A stretch of DNA of 64,000 bases. Origin: Candidatus Wirthbacteria bacterium. GTDB taxonomy: Bacteria > Patescibacteriota > CG2-30-54-11. The DNA is taken from assembly GCA_903889905.1 (NCBI GenBank), contig CAISZI010000040.1, forward strand, positions 148 to 64,147. The letters run 5' to 3'. Positions 1 to 9,549 of the stretch are shown here, piece after piece. The notes beneath the pieces are model-generated. The model made no database searches. It had not been told where the DNA came from and was given only the letters and a program-made list of their open reading frames with translations. How positions within the stretch are numbered: position 1 is the first letter of the stretch; every line of letters starts with the position of its first letter. Made by a program: the position numbers and the translations under genes.

Positions 1-1801
1 CGACTGTGGCACCGAGCACGACGAACAGCAATCGGTAACCACATGCTTTAAGTGCGGCGGGCAGCTTGAGGTTTATTACGACTACGAAGCCATCACCGAC
101 AGGCTCAATGTGCAGGCACTCAAAACGGCGCCGGTGTCGGCGATGAAGTATCTGCCGTTTTACCCGATCGACAATTACAAAAACGTCTATTCGCTCCAGG
201 AAGGTGGCACACCGCTTATTCACGCCAAGAAGTTGGGCGAAAGTCTGGGCCTGAAGCAGCTGTTTATCAAAAACGAAGGGCTCAATCCAACCGGCGTTTT
301 CAAAGACCGTGGCACACTCGTGGAAATCGCCAAAGCCCGCGAACTTGGCGCCACGGCGATTTGTCTGGCCTCCACTGGGAACATGGCTGCAAGTTGCGCC
401 GCTTATGCGCAAATTGTCGGGTTGCCGTGTTATGTGTTGGTTCCCCAGGGAACGCCGGTAGGCAAACTGGCCCAGACGCTGATTTCCGGTGCACGTGTGA
501 TCCAGATTCGCGGTACGTATAGCGACTGCGCACGTCTTGCTCAGGAAATGGCCAAACGTTTTGGTTACTACCTGGCAGGAGACTATGCTTTTCGGGCCGA
601 GGGGCAGAAATCGCAGGGGTATGAAATTGTCGAACAGCTGTTTTGGAAAAGTCCTGATTATGTGGTGTGCCCGGTGGGTTGCGGTACCAATTTGCATGGC
701 ATCGGCAAGGGCCTGCGGGAATACCTCGATTTAGGTTTTAGCGATAAAATGCCTCGCCTTGTGGGAGTGCAGACACCGGGATGTAATCCAATCGTGGATG
801 CATATAAGCGTGGCACCAATCAATTCAAATCTGTAGCCAAACCCAATACTTTGGCGAGCGCGATTGCGGCTGGCACGCCGCTGGATGGCCACAAAGTCCT
901 GGATGACATCTTTGCCAGCGAGGGTTTTGCCATGGAAGTGACGGATGATCAAACCATTGCTGCACAGCTAAATATGATGCGCCTGGGCGGTGTCTTTGGC
1001 GAACCCTCCGGTGCATTGGGTGTCGCGGCCGTTGAACAGCTTGTCAGCGAAGGCAAGCTCAAGGCTGACGATACCATTGTCGTGATCGTAACCGGTAACG
1101 GGTTAAAGGATCCCAAAACGCCACTTGACGCTTTGCCCGAGCCTCCGAGCATTGAACCTGACTTTGGCGAGCTGGAGAGCTTTATCGAAAACAAACTGTA
1201 CGCCATTCATGAACAGCTCACGCCCAAAGCCAAGCAAAAAGTAGTGTTCAAGACACTGCCGGATCAGGAACAATTACATAAAGTGATTACCAAAGAACTT
1301 GGTATCGAGGTGAATGAGCATGCAGTGACTGAAATTCTGGCCGAAGTGCACAGCTTCATGGACAAAGGCAAAACGGTGAGCAAGTCTGACCTGGTGATGA
1401 TTGTAGAAGAAGTTTTGGATAAACAGGCCGTGGTGGATCCGCTGCTGACTATTGTGGATTTTGAGATTAATACATCATTGCACCATCAGGCAACAGCCAA
1501 AATCAAAGTCACTATTGGCGGTGAAGATAAGCAACTTATGCATAGCGGCGTGGGACCGGTTGATGCTGCCATTTCTGCGCTGCGTGACGGCCTTGATGGG
1601 AAGCTTATGGCCAAACTGACTGATTACACGGTAAACATCCTGACCGGTGATATTGATGCCACGGTGGAAGTCAAAATGACGTTGGTGGATGGCAAGCGCA
1701 ACAACAAAGTCGTTTCACGTGCCACTTCGCCCGATGTGATCGTGGCGTCGCTAAAGGCTTATGAAAAAGGGATTAATTTGTTGTGGGCAAAAATTAAATA
1801 A
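1..1801 (+). CDS. thrC: Threonine synthase (PLP-dependent), 5'-partial. The reading frame is open from base 2, and an N-terminal zinc-ribbon CxxC is visible. The C-terminal ~110 aa match the LeuA_dimer regulatory-domain pattern (IKVTIGGEDKQLMHSGVGPVDAAISALRDGL...TDYTVNILTGDIDATVEVKMTLVDGK).
   Basis: Continuous ORF in frame 2 from the window edge. TGNMAAS / FKDRG PLP-fold motifs are present. The C-terminal LeuA allosteric-domain signature was recognised by eye. Confidence 0.85.
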   Translation, partial: DCGTEHDEQQSVTTCFKCGGQLEVYYDYEAITDRLNVQALKTAPVSAMKYLPFYPIDNYKNVYSLQEGGTPLIHAKKLGESLGLKQLFIKNEGLNPTGVFKDRGTLVEIAKARELGATAICLASTGNMAASCAAYAQIVGLPCYVLVPQGTPVGKLAQTLISGARVIQIRGTYSDCARLAQEMAKRFGYYLAGDYAFRAEGQKSQGYEIVEQLFWKSPDYVVCPVGCGTNLHGIGKGLREYLDLGFSDKMPRLVGVQTPGCNPIVDAYKRGTNQFKSVAKPNTLASAIAAGTPLDGHKVLDDIFASEGFAMEVTDDQTIAAQLNMMRLGGVFGEPSGALGVAAVEQLVSEGKLKADDTIVVIVTGNGLKDPKTPLDALPEPPSIEPDFGELESFIENKLYAIHEQLTPKAKQKVVFKTLPDQEQLHKVITKELGIEVNEHAVTEILAEVHSFMDKGKTVSKSDLVMIVEEVLDKQAVVDPLLTIVDFEINTSLHHQATAKIKVTIGGEDKQLMHSGVGPVDAAISALRDGLDGKLMAKLTDYTVNILTGDIDATVEVKMTLVDGKRNNKVVSRATSPDVIVASLKAYEKGINLLWAKIK

Positions 1802-1817
1802 TGCTTGGAGGGTTACA

Positions 1818-2189
1818 ATGCAAATCATTCATACGGACAAAGCACCAAAGGCTGTCGGGCCTTATTCACAAGGAATCGTCTCGGGTAGTTTTTTGTTCAC
1901 CGCTGGGCAGATTGGCATCGATCCGGTAACAAGTGAGTTACGATCAGGAATTCAGGCTCAGATCAATCAGGTTTTGAGCAATCTTGAAGCGGTGTTAACA
2001 GCAGCTGGCACCAACAAGACACGTGTGGTAAAAACAACGATTTTTTTGCAAAACATGGATGATTACGCCACCGTCAATCAGCTTTACGGCGATTTTTTCG
2101 GCAGCCACAAACCAGCCCGCTCCACGCTTGAGGTCGCCAAGTTGCCCAAGGGCGCGCTGGTGGAAATCGAGTTGGTGGCGGTGATCTAG
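1818..2189 (+). CDS. ridA: RidA/YjgF/TdcF family reactive-intermediate deaminase
   Basis: 123-aa protein MQIIHTDKAPKAVGPYSQG...ARSTLEVAKLPKGALVEIE. GGAGG RBS 7 nt upstream of the ATG at 1818. Sits directly after thrC, which is the classic thrC/ilvA–ridA association. Confidence 0.85.
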   Translation: MQIIHTDKAPKAVGPYSQGIVSGSFLFTAGQIGIDPVTSELRSGIQAQINQVLSNLEAVLTAAGTNKTRVVKTTIFLQNMDDYATVNQLYGDFFGSHKPARSTLEVAKLPKGALVEIELVAVI

Positions 2190-2205
2190 TGGGCGATTTT
2201 TTATA

Positions 2206-2307
2206 GTCATTGCGAGGACCGGAGGGACGTGGCAATCTAGTTGAGTTTCATTATTCCGACAACAGCCGCAACTAGATTGCCGCGGTCGCAGACTCCTTCG
2301 CAATGAC
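2206..2307. repeat. MITE-like palindromic element, copy 1. Outer inverted repeat GTCATTGCGAGG...CCTTCGCAATGAC, inner inverted repeat GGCAATCTAGTT...AACTAGATTGCC.
   Basis: Inverted repeats read directly. Related copies at 20641, 30801 and 31757. Confidence 0.7.
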
Positions 2308-2324
2308 AGCTTAGTTTTTTTCTC

Positions 2325-2425
2325 TCCCCCTTGGGGGAGAGTTAGAGAGAGGGGAAAAGGGAAAGATTTATATCTTTTCCTTTTCCCCTCTCCTTGCGTC
2401 CTCCCCCCCCGGGGGGAGGAGATGA
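2325..2425. repeat. G/C-rich hairpin cluster: CTCTCCCCCTTGGGGGAGAG, GAGAGAGGGGAAAAGG...CCTTTTCCCCTCTC, CCTCCCCCCCCGGGGGGAGG. Lies immediately 3' of nrdB and probably doubles as its terminator.
   Basis: Perfect short palindromes. The 33-nt core CTCCCCCTTGGGGGAGAGTTAGAGAGAGGGGAA recurs at 26095-26130. Confidence 0.65.
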
Positions 2426-2430
2426 ATAGA

Positions 2431-3411
2431 TTATGAACTCGCCTGCGTGTTCACTTCGTAGCTGGTGTTGGTGGATTCGAAGAAATTGACGAGTTCCGGC
2501 ACATCGGTGGCTGTGGCCATCCATTTGGCGGGGTTGGCGGTTTTGAAATAGGGTTCAAAGCCCAGTTCCTCGAGCCGGCGGTCGGCCACGTATTCGACGT
2601 ACTGGTTCACATAATCGGCATTGAGGCCAAGAATGCCACTGGGCAGTGCGTCGTTATTGTATTCACGTTCCAGCTTGACAGCATCCACAACCATTTGGTG
2701 AATGCTTTTGGCAAAGTCTTCGGTCATGATATCGGGGTTTTCTTCCAGTATCGTTAAGAGCAGATTGATACCAAACTTGAGGTGCAAACTTTCGTCGCGC
2801 AAAATCCAGTCAATCAGCGAACCAAAGTTGCGCAGTACATTACGCTGGCGAAAACTGAGGGCCAGCATAAAGCCGCTGTAGAACCAGATTCCTTCCATGA
2901 CGATATTGTAAGCGACGAGGTTCCCCACGAGTTGGCGTTTGCCTTCGAGCGTGTTAACGTCGAGGTGCTTGCTGGTCATGCGATCCATGAATTGCAGCAC
3001 AAATTGTTCCTTGGCTTTCATCGAAGGATACTTTTCCAGCCCATGGTAGGCTTTGTCCATGTCGATTTTAAACGTCTCGAGCACGTATTCAAACGTCATA
3101 GAGTGGTTGGCTTCCTCGAACATTTGACGAGCCAGGTACATCTTGGTCTCGGGTGGCGCCACGTATGGGTAAACCCCAAAGGCCAGTGCATTGTTGACCA
3201 GGAATTCAGAGGGGTTGAAGTAGCTCATGAGGAAGGTGACCGCGTGCTTTTCGTCATCGGTCATGCGTTCCCAGTCGCCGAGGTCTTCGCCTAGCTGTAC
3301 TTCGTGTGGGAACCAGCTGTTGCGGATGGCCTGTTCATACAGGTCGTAAGCCCACTGGTATTTGACGGGTTTGAGGTTACCGATAAAGGTTGGGTTGTTG
3401 GTGAGGATCAT
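2431..3411 (-). CDS. nrdB: Ribonucleotide reductase class I beta subunit (R2)
   Basis: 326 aa with a ferritin-like diiron fold and conserved E/H ligands (EEANHSMTFEY, ESLHLKF). Downstream of nrdA on the same strand. Confidence 0.9.
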   Translation of the reverse strand: MILTNNPTFIGNLKPVKYQWAYDLYEQAIRNSWFPHEVQLGEDLGDWERMTDDEKHAVTFLMSYFNPSEFLVNNALAFGVYPYVAPPETKMYLARQMFEEANHSMTFEYVLETFKIDMDKAYHGLEKYPSMKAKEQFVLQFMDRMTSKHLDVNTLEGKRQLVGNLVAYNIVMEGIWFYSGFMLALSFRQRNVLRNFGSLIDWILRDESLHLKFGINLLLTILEENPDIMTEDFAKSIHQMVVDAVKLEREYNNDALPSGILGLNADYVNQYVEYVADRRLEELGFEPYFKTANPAKWMATATDVPELVNFFESTNTSYEVNTQASS

Positions 3412-3444
3412 GGTTTCGCCTCCGGCGGGGGTAAGAATGTTTTG

Positions 3445-3566
3445 GTCTTCTCCTCCCCCTGGGGGGAGGATGCAAGGAGAGGGGAAGTCGGCATTAAGTC
3501 GCTAAGATTTATGATGGGAAAAAGGGGAAACCCCTCTCTCTGTCTCTCCCCCGGTTGGGGAGAGGA
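3445..3566. repeat. G/C-rich hairpin cluster inside the nrdA–nrdB intergenic spacer: TCCTCCCCCTGGGGGGAGGA, GGAGAGGGG...CCCCTCTC, TCTCTCCCCCGGTTGGGGAGAGG
   Basis: Palindromes read directly. Same motif family as 2325-2425 and 26038-26165. Confidence 0.6.
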
Positions 3567-3573
3567 AATAAGG

Positions 3574-6126
3574 TTACTGGCAACTTTCGCAATTCAAGCG
3601 TTCCTGCGGATCAACCGGGCAGGCGGTGCCGGGTTTGGTTTCAACAGTGCTGGAATCGGTGGTGGTGAGGTTAACGAAAGTGGTTGCGGTCGAGTCTTGG
3701 GTGATGGTTGTCGAGGCATTGATAGAGGAGTGAACGTCGCTTTGGCTTGTTGATGCGATTTTGAAACCACCAAACCCTTTACGGCCCATACTTTCGCGTT
3801 TATTGACGGTGCTGGTGCTCTGTTCGGCAGTGTGGCGTTGTTTCATGTGCAGGTAGTAGGTGCTTTTGAGGCCCTTCCGCCAGGCGTTTTGGTAGACAGC
3901 CATCATGTTACTGAGCTCGCGTGTCTCGAGGTAGATGTTACGACTAATGGCCTGGTCAACCCATTTCTGGGCTGCCGCAGCAATGTCGGTGTAGGCGTCG
4001 GCGTTGATCTCAAACGAGGTTTTGTACAGAGATTTGAGTTCGTGGGGAATGTCGGCAATGTCGGTGATGGTGCCGCGGTTCTCGACAATTTTGTCCTTGA
4101 GCTGGTCCCAGAGGTTGACCTTTTTCAGATCTTCAACCAGGTTCTGGTTGACCTCAATGAACTTGCCCGAGAGCGTATTGCGGCTGAAAATATTGGAAAA
4201 GTTAGGGTCGAGTCCAGGTGTTGTCCCGGCAATCAGGCCAATCGTGGCGTTGGGGGCGATGGCCAGCAGATCAGCATTGCGAATGCCTTGTTTGACTTTG
4301 GCGCGAAGTTTGTCCCAGTCCAGTTTGCTGCTTTTGTTGACATTGAGAGTCTGTCCGCGCTCTTCTTCAAGGATAGCCAGCGTATCGATCGGCACCATAC
4401 CTTTGGACCAACCCGATCCCTTGAAATTGGCATAACTGCCTTTGGTCTGGGCCAGATTGCAACTTTCGTCGATTGCGAGGTAGCTGATGAATTCCATGAC
4501 TTCGTCCATCAGGCGCGTGGCTTTGGGGCTGTCGTAGGGGATGCGCAGTTTTTCAATGGTTTCGGTAAAGCCCATCAAGCCCAGTCCGACCGGACGGTTT
4601 TTGCCATTGGAGTTTTTGGTCTCGGGCACGGGGTAGAGGTTGATATCAATCACGTTGTCCAGGCCAGCCACGGCTGAGCGAACAGCTTTTTCCATGCGAG
4701 TGAAATCGATCTTGTCTCCGTCCACAAAACGGCTGAGGTTGATGGAGGCCAGGTTACAGACAGCAATATTGTCACGGTCATTGGGTAGCGCGATTTCGGT
4801 ACAGAGGTTGGAGGAATGGATGACGCCTACATTTTGGGTCAGGGCGCGGACGTTCATGGCGTCTTTGAAGGTGATCCAGGGGTGCGAGGTGCTTTGCAGA
4901 CGGATGAGGATTTCCTTGAGCTGCTCGCGCGCCGAGATTTTTTTGAACATTTTGAGCTTGCCGGTGGTGGCCATTTGTACGTATTCGTTGTAACGCTTGC
5001 TGAATGACTGGCCAAACAGTTCGGGCAGGTCGCTGACTTCGGCCGGGTCAAACAAATACCACATTTCGTCATTCTCGACGCGGCGCATGAATTCGTCCGA
5101 GATCCAGGCGGCGATGTTGGAAGCGTAGGTGCGGCGGTAAGGATCGCCCGAGTTTTCGCGCAGTTCCATGAATTCGTCAAATTCGTAGTGCCAGTTTTCC
5201 ATATAGAAGCAGATGGAGCCGCGGCGTTTGCCACCCTGGGTAATGCCTTTGATGGTCACGTCCAGCACTTTCAGGAAAGGAATCACACCCGACGATTTGC
5301 CGTTAATGCTGCGGATGTAGGAGCCGATGGCGCGGATGTTGGTGACCGACACGCCAATGCCACCCGCGTATTTGGCCAGCTGCATGGTGTCGCTCACGGT
5401 TTTGCCAATGTTGTCGATGTCGTCGTACATGTTGAGGATGTAGCAGGAGCTGAGTTGTGGATGAGTGGTGCCGGAATTGAACAGGGTTGGAGTGGCGTGC
5501 AGATACTCGAGTTGGGACATATGGTGGTAAAAGCGAAGGGCCGAGGCTGTGGGATCGCTTTCATTCAGACTAAGTCCCATGGCCACGCGCATCCAGAAAG
5601 CCTGTGGGGTTTCGGTCAGTTTCTGGTTGCGGTCACGAAGCAGGTAACGGTCATGCAATGTAGAAAGGCCGAGGTACTTAAAAAGTTGATCGCGTTCCGG
5701 CACGAGCGCTGCGGCCAGTTTGGTCAAATCAAACTTTGTCGCCATGGCTTTGTCGAGCATTTCGATCTCAACGGCCAGTTTGATGTAGCGGGGAAAATAA
5801 TCCTGTTGCCACTGCGTCAAATCTGCGTCGGCTTCGTAGCCTTCCATGCATTCCTTGTAAATCGTGAGCAGCAGGAGGTTACGGGCAATGTGGTCGTAGT
5901 CCGGATCGTCTTTGATGTTCTGGCTGGCCGCAATGATCAGAGATTTGTCCAGGTCGCGTGTGGTGATGCCACTAAACAGGGTGAGCTCAAAGTCGCTGAT
6001 GATGCGCATGACTTTGTTGGGAATATCACTAAGGCCAGCAGCAGCCCGCTCGATGGCATTGTTGATCATGTCGGCGCGGTACGGCTCGGTGGCGCCACTG
6101 CGTTTCTGGACGAGGATTTGGGACAT
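3574..6126 (-). CDS. nrdA: Ribonucleotide reductase class I alpha subunit with an N-terminal ATP-cone
   Basis: 850 aa. ATP-cone (VQKRSGATEPYRADMINNAIERA), catalytic core (NLCTEI, SYYL motifs) and a C-terminal CESCQ cysteine pair. Confidence 0.9.
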   Translation of the reverse strand: MSQILVQKRSGATEPYRADMINNAIERAAAGLSDIPNKVMRIISDFELTLFSGITTRDLDKSLIIAASQNIKDDPDYDHIARNLLLLTIYKECMEGYEADADLTQWQQDYFPRYIKLAVEIEMLDKAMATKFDLTKLAAALVPERDQLFKYLGLSTLHDRYLLRDRNQKLTETPQAFWMRVAMGLSLNESDPTASALRFYHHMSQLEYLHATPTLFNSGTTHPQLSSCYILNMYDDIDNIGKTVSDTMQLAKYAGGIGVSVTNIRAIGSYIRSINGKSSGVIPFLKVLDVTIKGITQGGKRRGSICFYMENWHYEFDEFMELRENSGDPYRRTYASNIAAWISDEFMRRVENDEMWYLFDPAEVSDLPELFGQSFSKRYNEYVQMATTGKLKMFKKISAREQLKEILIRLQSTSHPWITFKDAMNVRALTQNVGVIHSSNLCTEIALPNDRDNIAVCNLASINLSRFVDGDKIDFTRMEKAVRSAVAGLDNVIDINLYPVPETKNSNGKNRPVGLGLMGFTETIEKLRIPYDSPKATRLMDEVMEFISYLAIDESCNLAQTKGSYANFKGSGWSKGMVPIDTLAILEEERGQTLNVNKSSKLDWDKLRAKVKQGIRNADLLAIAPNATIGLIAGTTPGLDPNFSNIFSRNTLSGKFIEVNQNLVEDLKKVNLWDQLKDKIVENRGTITDIADIPHELKSLYKTSFEINADAYTDIAAAAQKWVDQAISRNIYLETRELSNMMAVYQNAWRKGLKSTYYLHMKQRHTAEQSTSTVNKRESMGRKGFGGFKIASTSQSDVHSSINASTTITQDSTATTFVNLTTTDSSTVETKPGTACPVDPQERLNCESCQ

Positions 6127-6226
6127 TTTTTTACTTTATCTTAATGAGTTAGTCAGATTGTATTTGTCCGAGTTGAAAAGGCCTGGTCAGGATAACCAAA
6201 ACCGGCACTGTCGTCAAGTGGTAAAA

Positions 6227-6272
6227 ATACTAGATATAGGGTTGATAAGTTTGAGGTGACACAAGATGTTGG
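6227..6272 (-). promoter_or_regulatory. Two NrdR-box-like imperfect palindromes (ATACTAGATATAGG and ACACAAGATGTTGG) about 32 nt apart, upstream of nrdA
   Basis: Weak match to the NrdR box consensus acaCwAtATaTwGtgt. The tandem spacing is typical for NrdR. Confidence 0.25.
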
Positions 6273-6425
6273 TAAATGGTTAGAAATGGTCGCGACTCCT
6301 GGAAAAAGCATGTGTGATCGCAAGTCGGCCCCAGACAGGGGCGTTTTAACGAATTCGTCGCGAGTTGTCCAGAATTTTAACAGGGATGGTATAATTAATA
6401 GATAAATTTATTACAAAAACCAAGT

Positions 6426-9377
6426 ATGCAAACCCAAAATCAGCCTCAGCTAGCCTCGCAGCCCTCTCTGGAGCCACTTCTGGATGAAGAAGACGAACTG
6501 CAGCCTCTACCTGAAGTCTCTCCCGAAGCCATGCCTGAGGCTGCACCTCAACCCGAGCCTGAATCCCCAAAAAGTGAGGCGGTCCAAGCCTTTGACCAGG
6601 ATCAGGCGGCATTGGTGATGGAATTGATGAAAACAGGCCCCAAAGTTCTCGGTGCCTTCAAAATCGGCAACATGACCTACAAAATTGAAACGTACTATGA
6701 GGCATCCAAGGGAATCTGTTATCGCGTGGGAGCATTAGAGAAAAGCCAAGCAGCTGATGTGGCCGCCTTTATGTCAGAACGTGATTATGCTCACCTGGAT
6801 AAAGTCACGACGATTGAATTGATGCAATTTCCAATGCTGACCCAATTGATCGATCGCAGTGGTGGCGACAACAAAATTAATTTTTTTGTTCTTGATAAAC
6901 AGAAGTTCGCCGAACAGGAAGTGTTGCGTGGTATGGCGAATGCCAACACGGTCAGTATTCCACTCGAAGGGCAAGATAGTGGTGCGGAGATTTCCTACAT
7001 GGTAATGCGCGACGTTGCCAATGTCCGCCGTGCCTGGCTCGTGTTGTTTCCATTCAAAATTTCGAGCGGCGAAACGATAGTTGATAACAAGCAGCAATAT
7101 ACCGAAACAGTTGACAATGGAGACCGTGATTTGCATCGGTTTGTGGCGCAACAGCTTACTGAGCTAGTGCAAAAAGAACACGATAATCCCAAACAGGGTA
7201 AGAAATATACCAAGGCCATGCAAGCGTATTTGAGTAAGAGAAAAAACAGGCAACAATTTTTGCGTGAAGTGGCGCTGGAGTTACGTGGTCATGGCCATGG
7301 CGCGAGTAAAAAGGAAGAGTTGGATGTTCATCGTGAATACTTAAATCACGCATCCATGGATGAGCTCAAAGATATCTGCGGACTGATGTACACTGCCGCG
7401 ATACAGGACAAATCCATCAAGGCTTATGAAGACCGCGTCCGTACCCTGCAACAGCCAGAAATCCCTGTATCCGCGCCAGAAATGGCTGCGACAGGTTCAG
7501 GTGGTCTGGTGGATGCACTCAGATTGAAATTAATGAAACAAAGACTAGCCAAACCTTCGCCTGCGATTGACTCGACAGAGATAACACCTTTGCAACAGCA
7601 GCGTGCCGTTCAGAAGGAATCGTTAGCAAATTACGACAACTCCAGGGTGGTGGATGCAATGTCCGCTCAGCTTAGGTCAAAACCTGATCCAAAGCTAAAC
7701 GTTGTTCCGGATCTATTGGAAGCGTCAGCAGTGTTGTCGACTGAAGCAAGTGTTCAACCCATTACCGAGAGTAAGCAAGTTGGTGAAATGCAAGTCGATG
7801 CAGCGCCAGAAAAAGAACCGAAAACCATGACAGGGGCAGACACGGTCCAGGAACAAAGGTCATCAGCCGAACTGGAACACGATTTGGCGAAATTACTGAC
7901 TTCGGACAAAATTGAAAACATTGAATGGATCACTGATGTTATGACGAAACTGCTCAAATACCCCAACAAAGGCGTCGATCGTTCTCAACCACCCGATAGT
8001 CCGGAACAGTTGGCGGCCAAATTGCACTGTATCCAGCAGCATAACGCACAGGGCGAAGTTTCGTTGGCGCAGCTGGCGATAGACGCCGAGGAGTTTATCA
8101 AAAATAAAGTGGAGGGCCATGCATCTATGCCTTTTGCTTTGAAGTGGTATATCGATGAACGATATATGAAATTGTATGTCCTCGATTATCAACTGATGCG
8201 TGAGCGGGAGATTGCCAGTGAACCGCAATTTGAACAAGTTGACGATAAATTGTTACCGATCGACTACAAAAAAGATAGAAGTAAAACCCACAAAGAGCTA
8301 TTAAATTGGTGGGATGCAGATTGGATTAAAGAAATGGATGGTGCAGCTGTGTGGGCTAATTCATTATCTCAAAGAGTATCCTCAACGAGTCACAGTGAGG
8401 GTGAAACAAATTGGTTTATACAAAATGGCAGCAAAAGTGTATTTGAAGCAGATACACATAATAATTTGTTTATCTTAGATATGCAGAGTGAAGAATTTCT
8501 CAAAAATCTTCAGGATCATCAAGATTATCAACATGAGCAATCATTGGGTAAACAAATGACGGTCGAAGCTGTGCTCTGCGATTCTTGTAATGGCGCAATC
8601 CGTTTGAACTCCCGGTATTGTATGCTGGAAAAACCAAATGAGAATCAAGTGTTTCACTATTTTTTTATCATCAAAAAAGAGGATGGAAGCAACTGCGCGG
8701 CCAATGTCAGCTTGACGCTTGAGCACGGGAAGGTGGTATATAACAAAGTAAATAGTATGGGTGAGGGCTATATTGATCCTAGTAGAGTTGCAAATCCAGA
8801 ATTGTTTTTTACATCAGATGCTGCTTTGAGAGATTTAGATAGAGAGGATCTCAAAACACAAAAAGACGTTTTATTAACAAAACAAGAAATACAATTAATC
8901 GACAATGACAATAATTTAGACGCCACCCAACGTGAAGAACTAAGGCACAATTATTTGACTCGTGATACATCCAATCAGGTCTGCATCAAGGTGCAGGATT
9001 TGCTGTCGGAACATGGAGTGTCTGTCACCCGGCATAAATCAAAGAAAAAAGCTCAAACGCAGATGGCATTCAGTCATGCGGTGGGAAATCTAGGGGCAAG
9101 CTACCAGTTGGTGCCTGTGCGTGAGGACGAATCCATTGCAATTTTGGATCTCAAAGATGGCGAAACCAAGCCTTTTTATTTTGTCAAAGAATCCACCGGT
9201 GCGTCCAAGGACTTTGAAATCTTTACTGTCTGGCTCAACCGTGACGGCCCGATAGTCAGAGTGTGTGAAGGTCTGCAAGACCTGGATAACATGATGTTTG
9301 TCTTTGGCAAAAATAATGGCAAGATCTATACAAAAAATAGATTAAACAAAACTTTTTGGGACAGATTTAGCCGTTGA
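6426..9377 (+). CDS. Large orphan protein of 983 aa with no recognisable domain. It has an acidic, Pro-rich N-terminal ~60 aa, an internal CxxC...C element (CDSCNGAIRLNSRYC), and an AT-rich 3' third.
   Basis: Long uninterrupted ORF with its own AT-rich upstream region. No signal peptide or TM segment. The first ATG has no obvious SD. Confidence 0.6.
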   Translation: MQTQNQPQLASQPSLEPLLDEEDELQPLPEVSPEAMPEAAPQPEPESPKSEAVQAFDQDQAALVMELMKTGPKVLGAFKIGNMTYKIETYYEASKGICYRVGALEKSQAADVAAFMSERDYAHLDKVTTIELMQFPMLTQLIDRSGGDNKINFFVLDKQKFAEQEVLRGMANANTVSIPLEGQDSGAEISYMVMRDVANVRRAWLVLFPFKISSGETIVDNKQQYTETVDNGDRDLHRFVAQQLTELVQKEHDNPKQGKKYTKAMQAYLSKRKNRQQFLREVALELRGHGHGASKKEELDVHREYLNHASMDELKDICGLMYTAAIQDKSIKAYEDRVRTLQQPEIPVSAPEMAATGSGGLVDALRLKLMKQRLAKPSPAIDSTEITPLQQQRAVQKESLANYDNSRVVDAMSAQLRSKPDPKLNVVPDLLEASAVLSTEASVQPITESKQVGEMQVDAAPEKEPKTMTGADTVQEQRSSAELEHDLAKLLTSDKIENIEWITDVMTKLLKYPNKGVDRSQPPDSPEQLAAKLHCIQQHNAQGEVSLAQLAIDAEEFIKNKVEGHASMPFALKWYIDERYMKLYVLDYQLMREREIASEPQFEQVDDKLLPIDYKKDRSKTHKELLNWWDADWIKEMDGAAVWANSLSQRVSSTSHSEGETNWFIQNGSKSVFEADTHNNLFILDMQSEEFLKNLQDHQDYQHEQSLGKQMTVEAVLCDSCNGAIRLNSRYCMLEKPNENQVFHYFFIIKKEDGSNCAANVSLTLEHGKVVYNKVNSMGEGYIDPSRVANPELFFTSDAALRDLDREDLKTQKDVLLTKQEIQLIDNDNNLDATQREELRHNYLTRDTSNQVCIKVQDLLSEHGVSVTRHKSKKKAQTQMAFSHAVGNLGASYQLVPVREDESIAILDLKDGETKPFYFVKESTGASKDFEIFTVWLNRDGPIVRVCEGLQDLDNMMFVFGKNNGKIYTKNRLNKTFWDRFSR

Positions 9378-9392
9378 TTAAACAGATTAAAA

Positions 9393-9444
9393 TTGACACT
9401 TTGACTAATTTTGCTTGACAGTCGATCTCCCCATACGCTATATT
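9393..9444 (+). promoter_or_regulatory. Sigma70-like promoter for the carAB leader (tandem TTGACA at 9393 and 9415; TATATT at 9439-9444)
   Basis: TTGACA, 18-nt spacer, TATATT, read directly. Confidence 0.5.
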
Positions 9445-9510
9445 CCCCAAGGGTCAAATTTAGGGAGCATCGATTTGTACCAAACTTGCCAGGCAACTTC
9501 ATGAAAGTCA

Positions 9511-9549
9511 TAGCCTTTCTACCCGAAACGGTAGAAGGGCTATTTTTTT
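9511..9549 (+). terminator. Intrinsic terminator/attenuator in the carA 5' leader. A 13-bp stem (TAGCCTTTCTACC/GGTAGAAGGGCTA) with a GAAA-type loop, then 7 T. About 110 nt before the carA ATG.
   Basis: Hairpin plus U-run read directly. The inner ORF starting at ATG 9501 (MKVIAFLPETVEG...) would be translated through the left arm. Confidence 0.55.

Noticed and set aside
2325-3566. G/C-rich repeats as a CRISPR array
   Set aside because: They have no regular repeat-spacer periodicity. The repeats are self-complementary hairpins of differing sequence, and there are no cas genes.
3304-3753. 149-aa ORF (with 2342-2524 and 2782-3294) overlapping nrdB and the hairpin repeat cluster
   Set aside because: Gly/Arg/Pro-rich translations of G/C palindromes and antisense shadows of nrdB.
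3832-6144. Several long antisense ORFs inside nrdA (3832-4677, 5188-6144 and others), and similar ones inside carB (11598-12497) and the OTC fusion (21056-21802)
   Set aside because: These are shadow ORFs opposite strongly conserved coding sequence and have no homology features.
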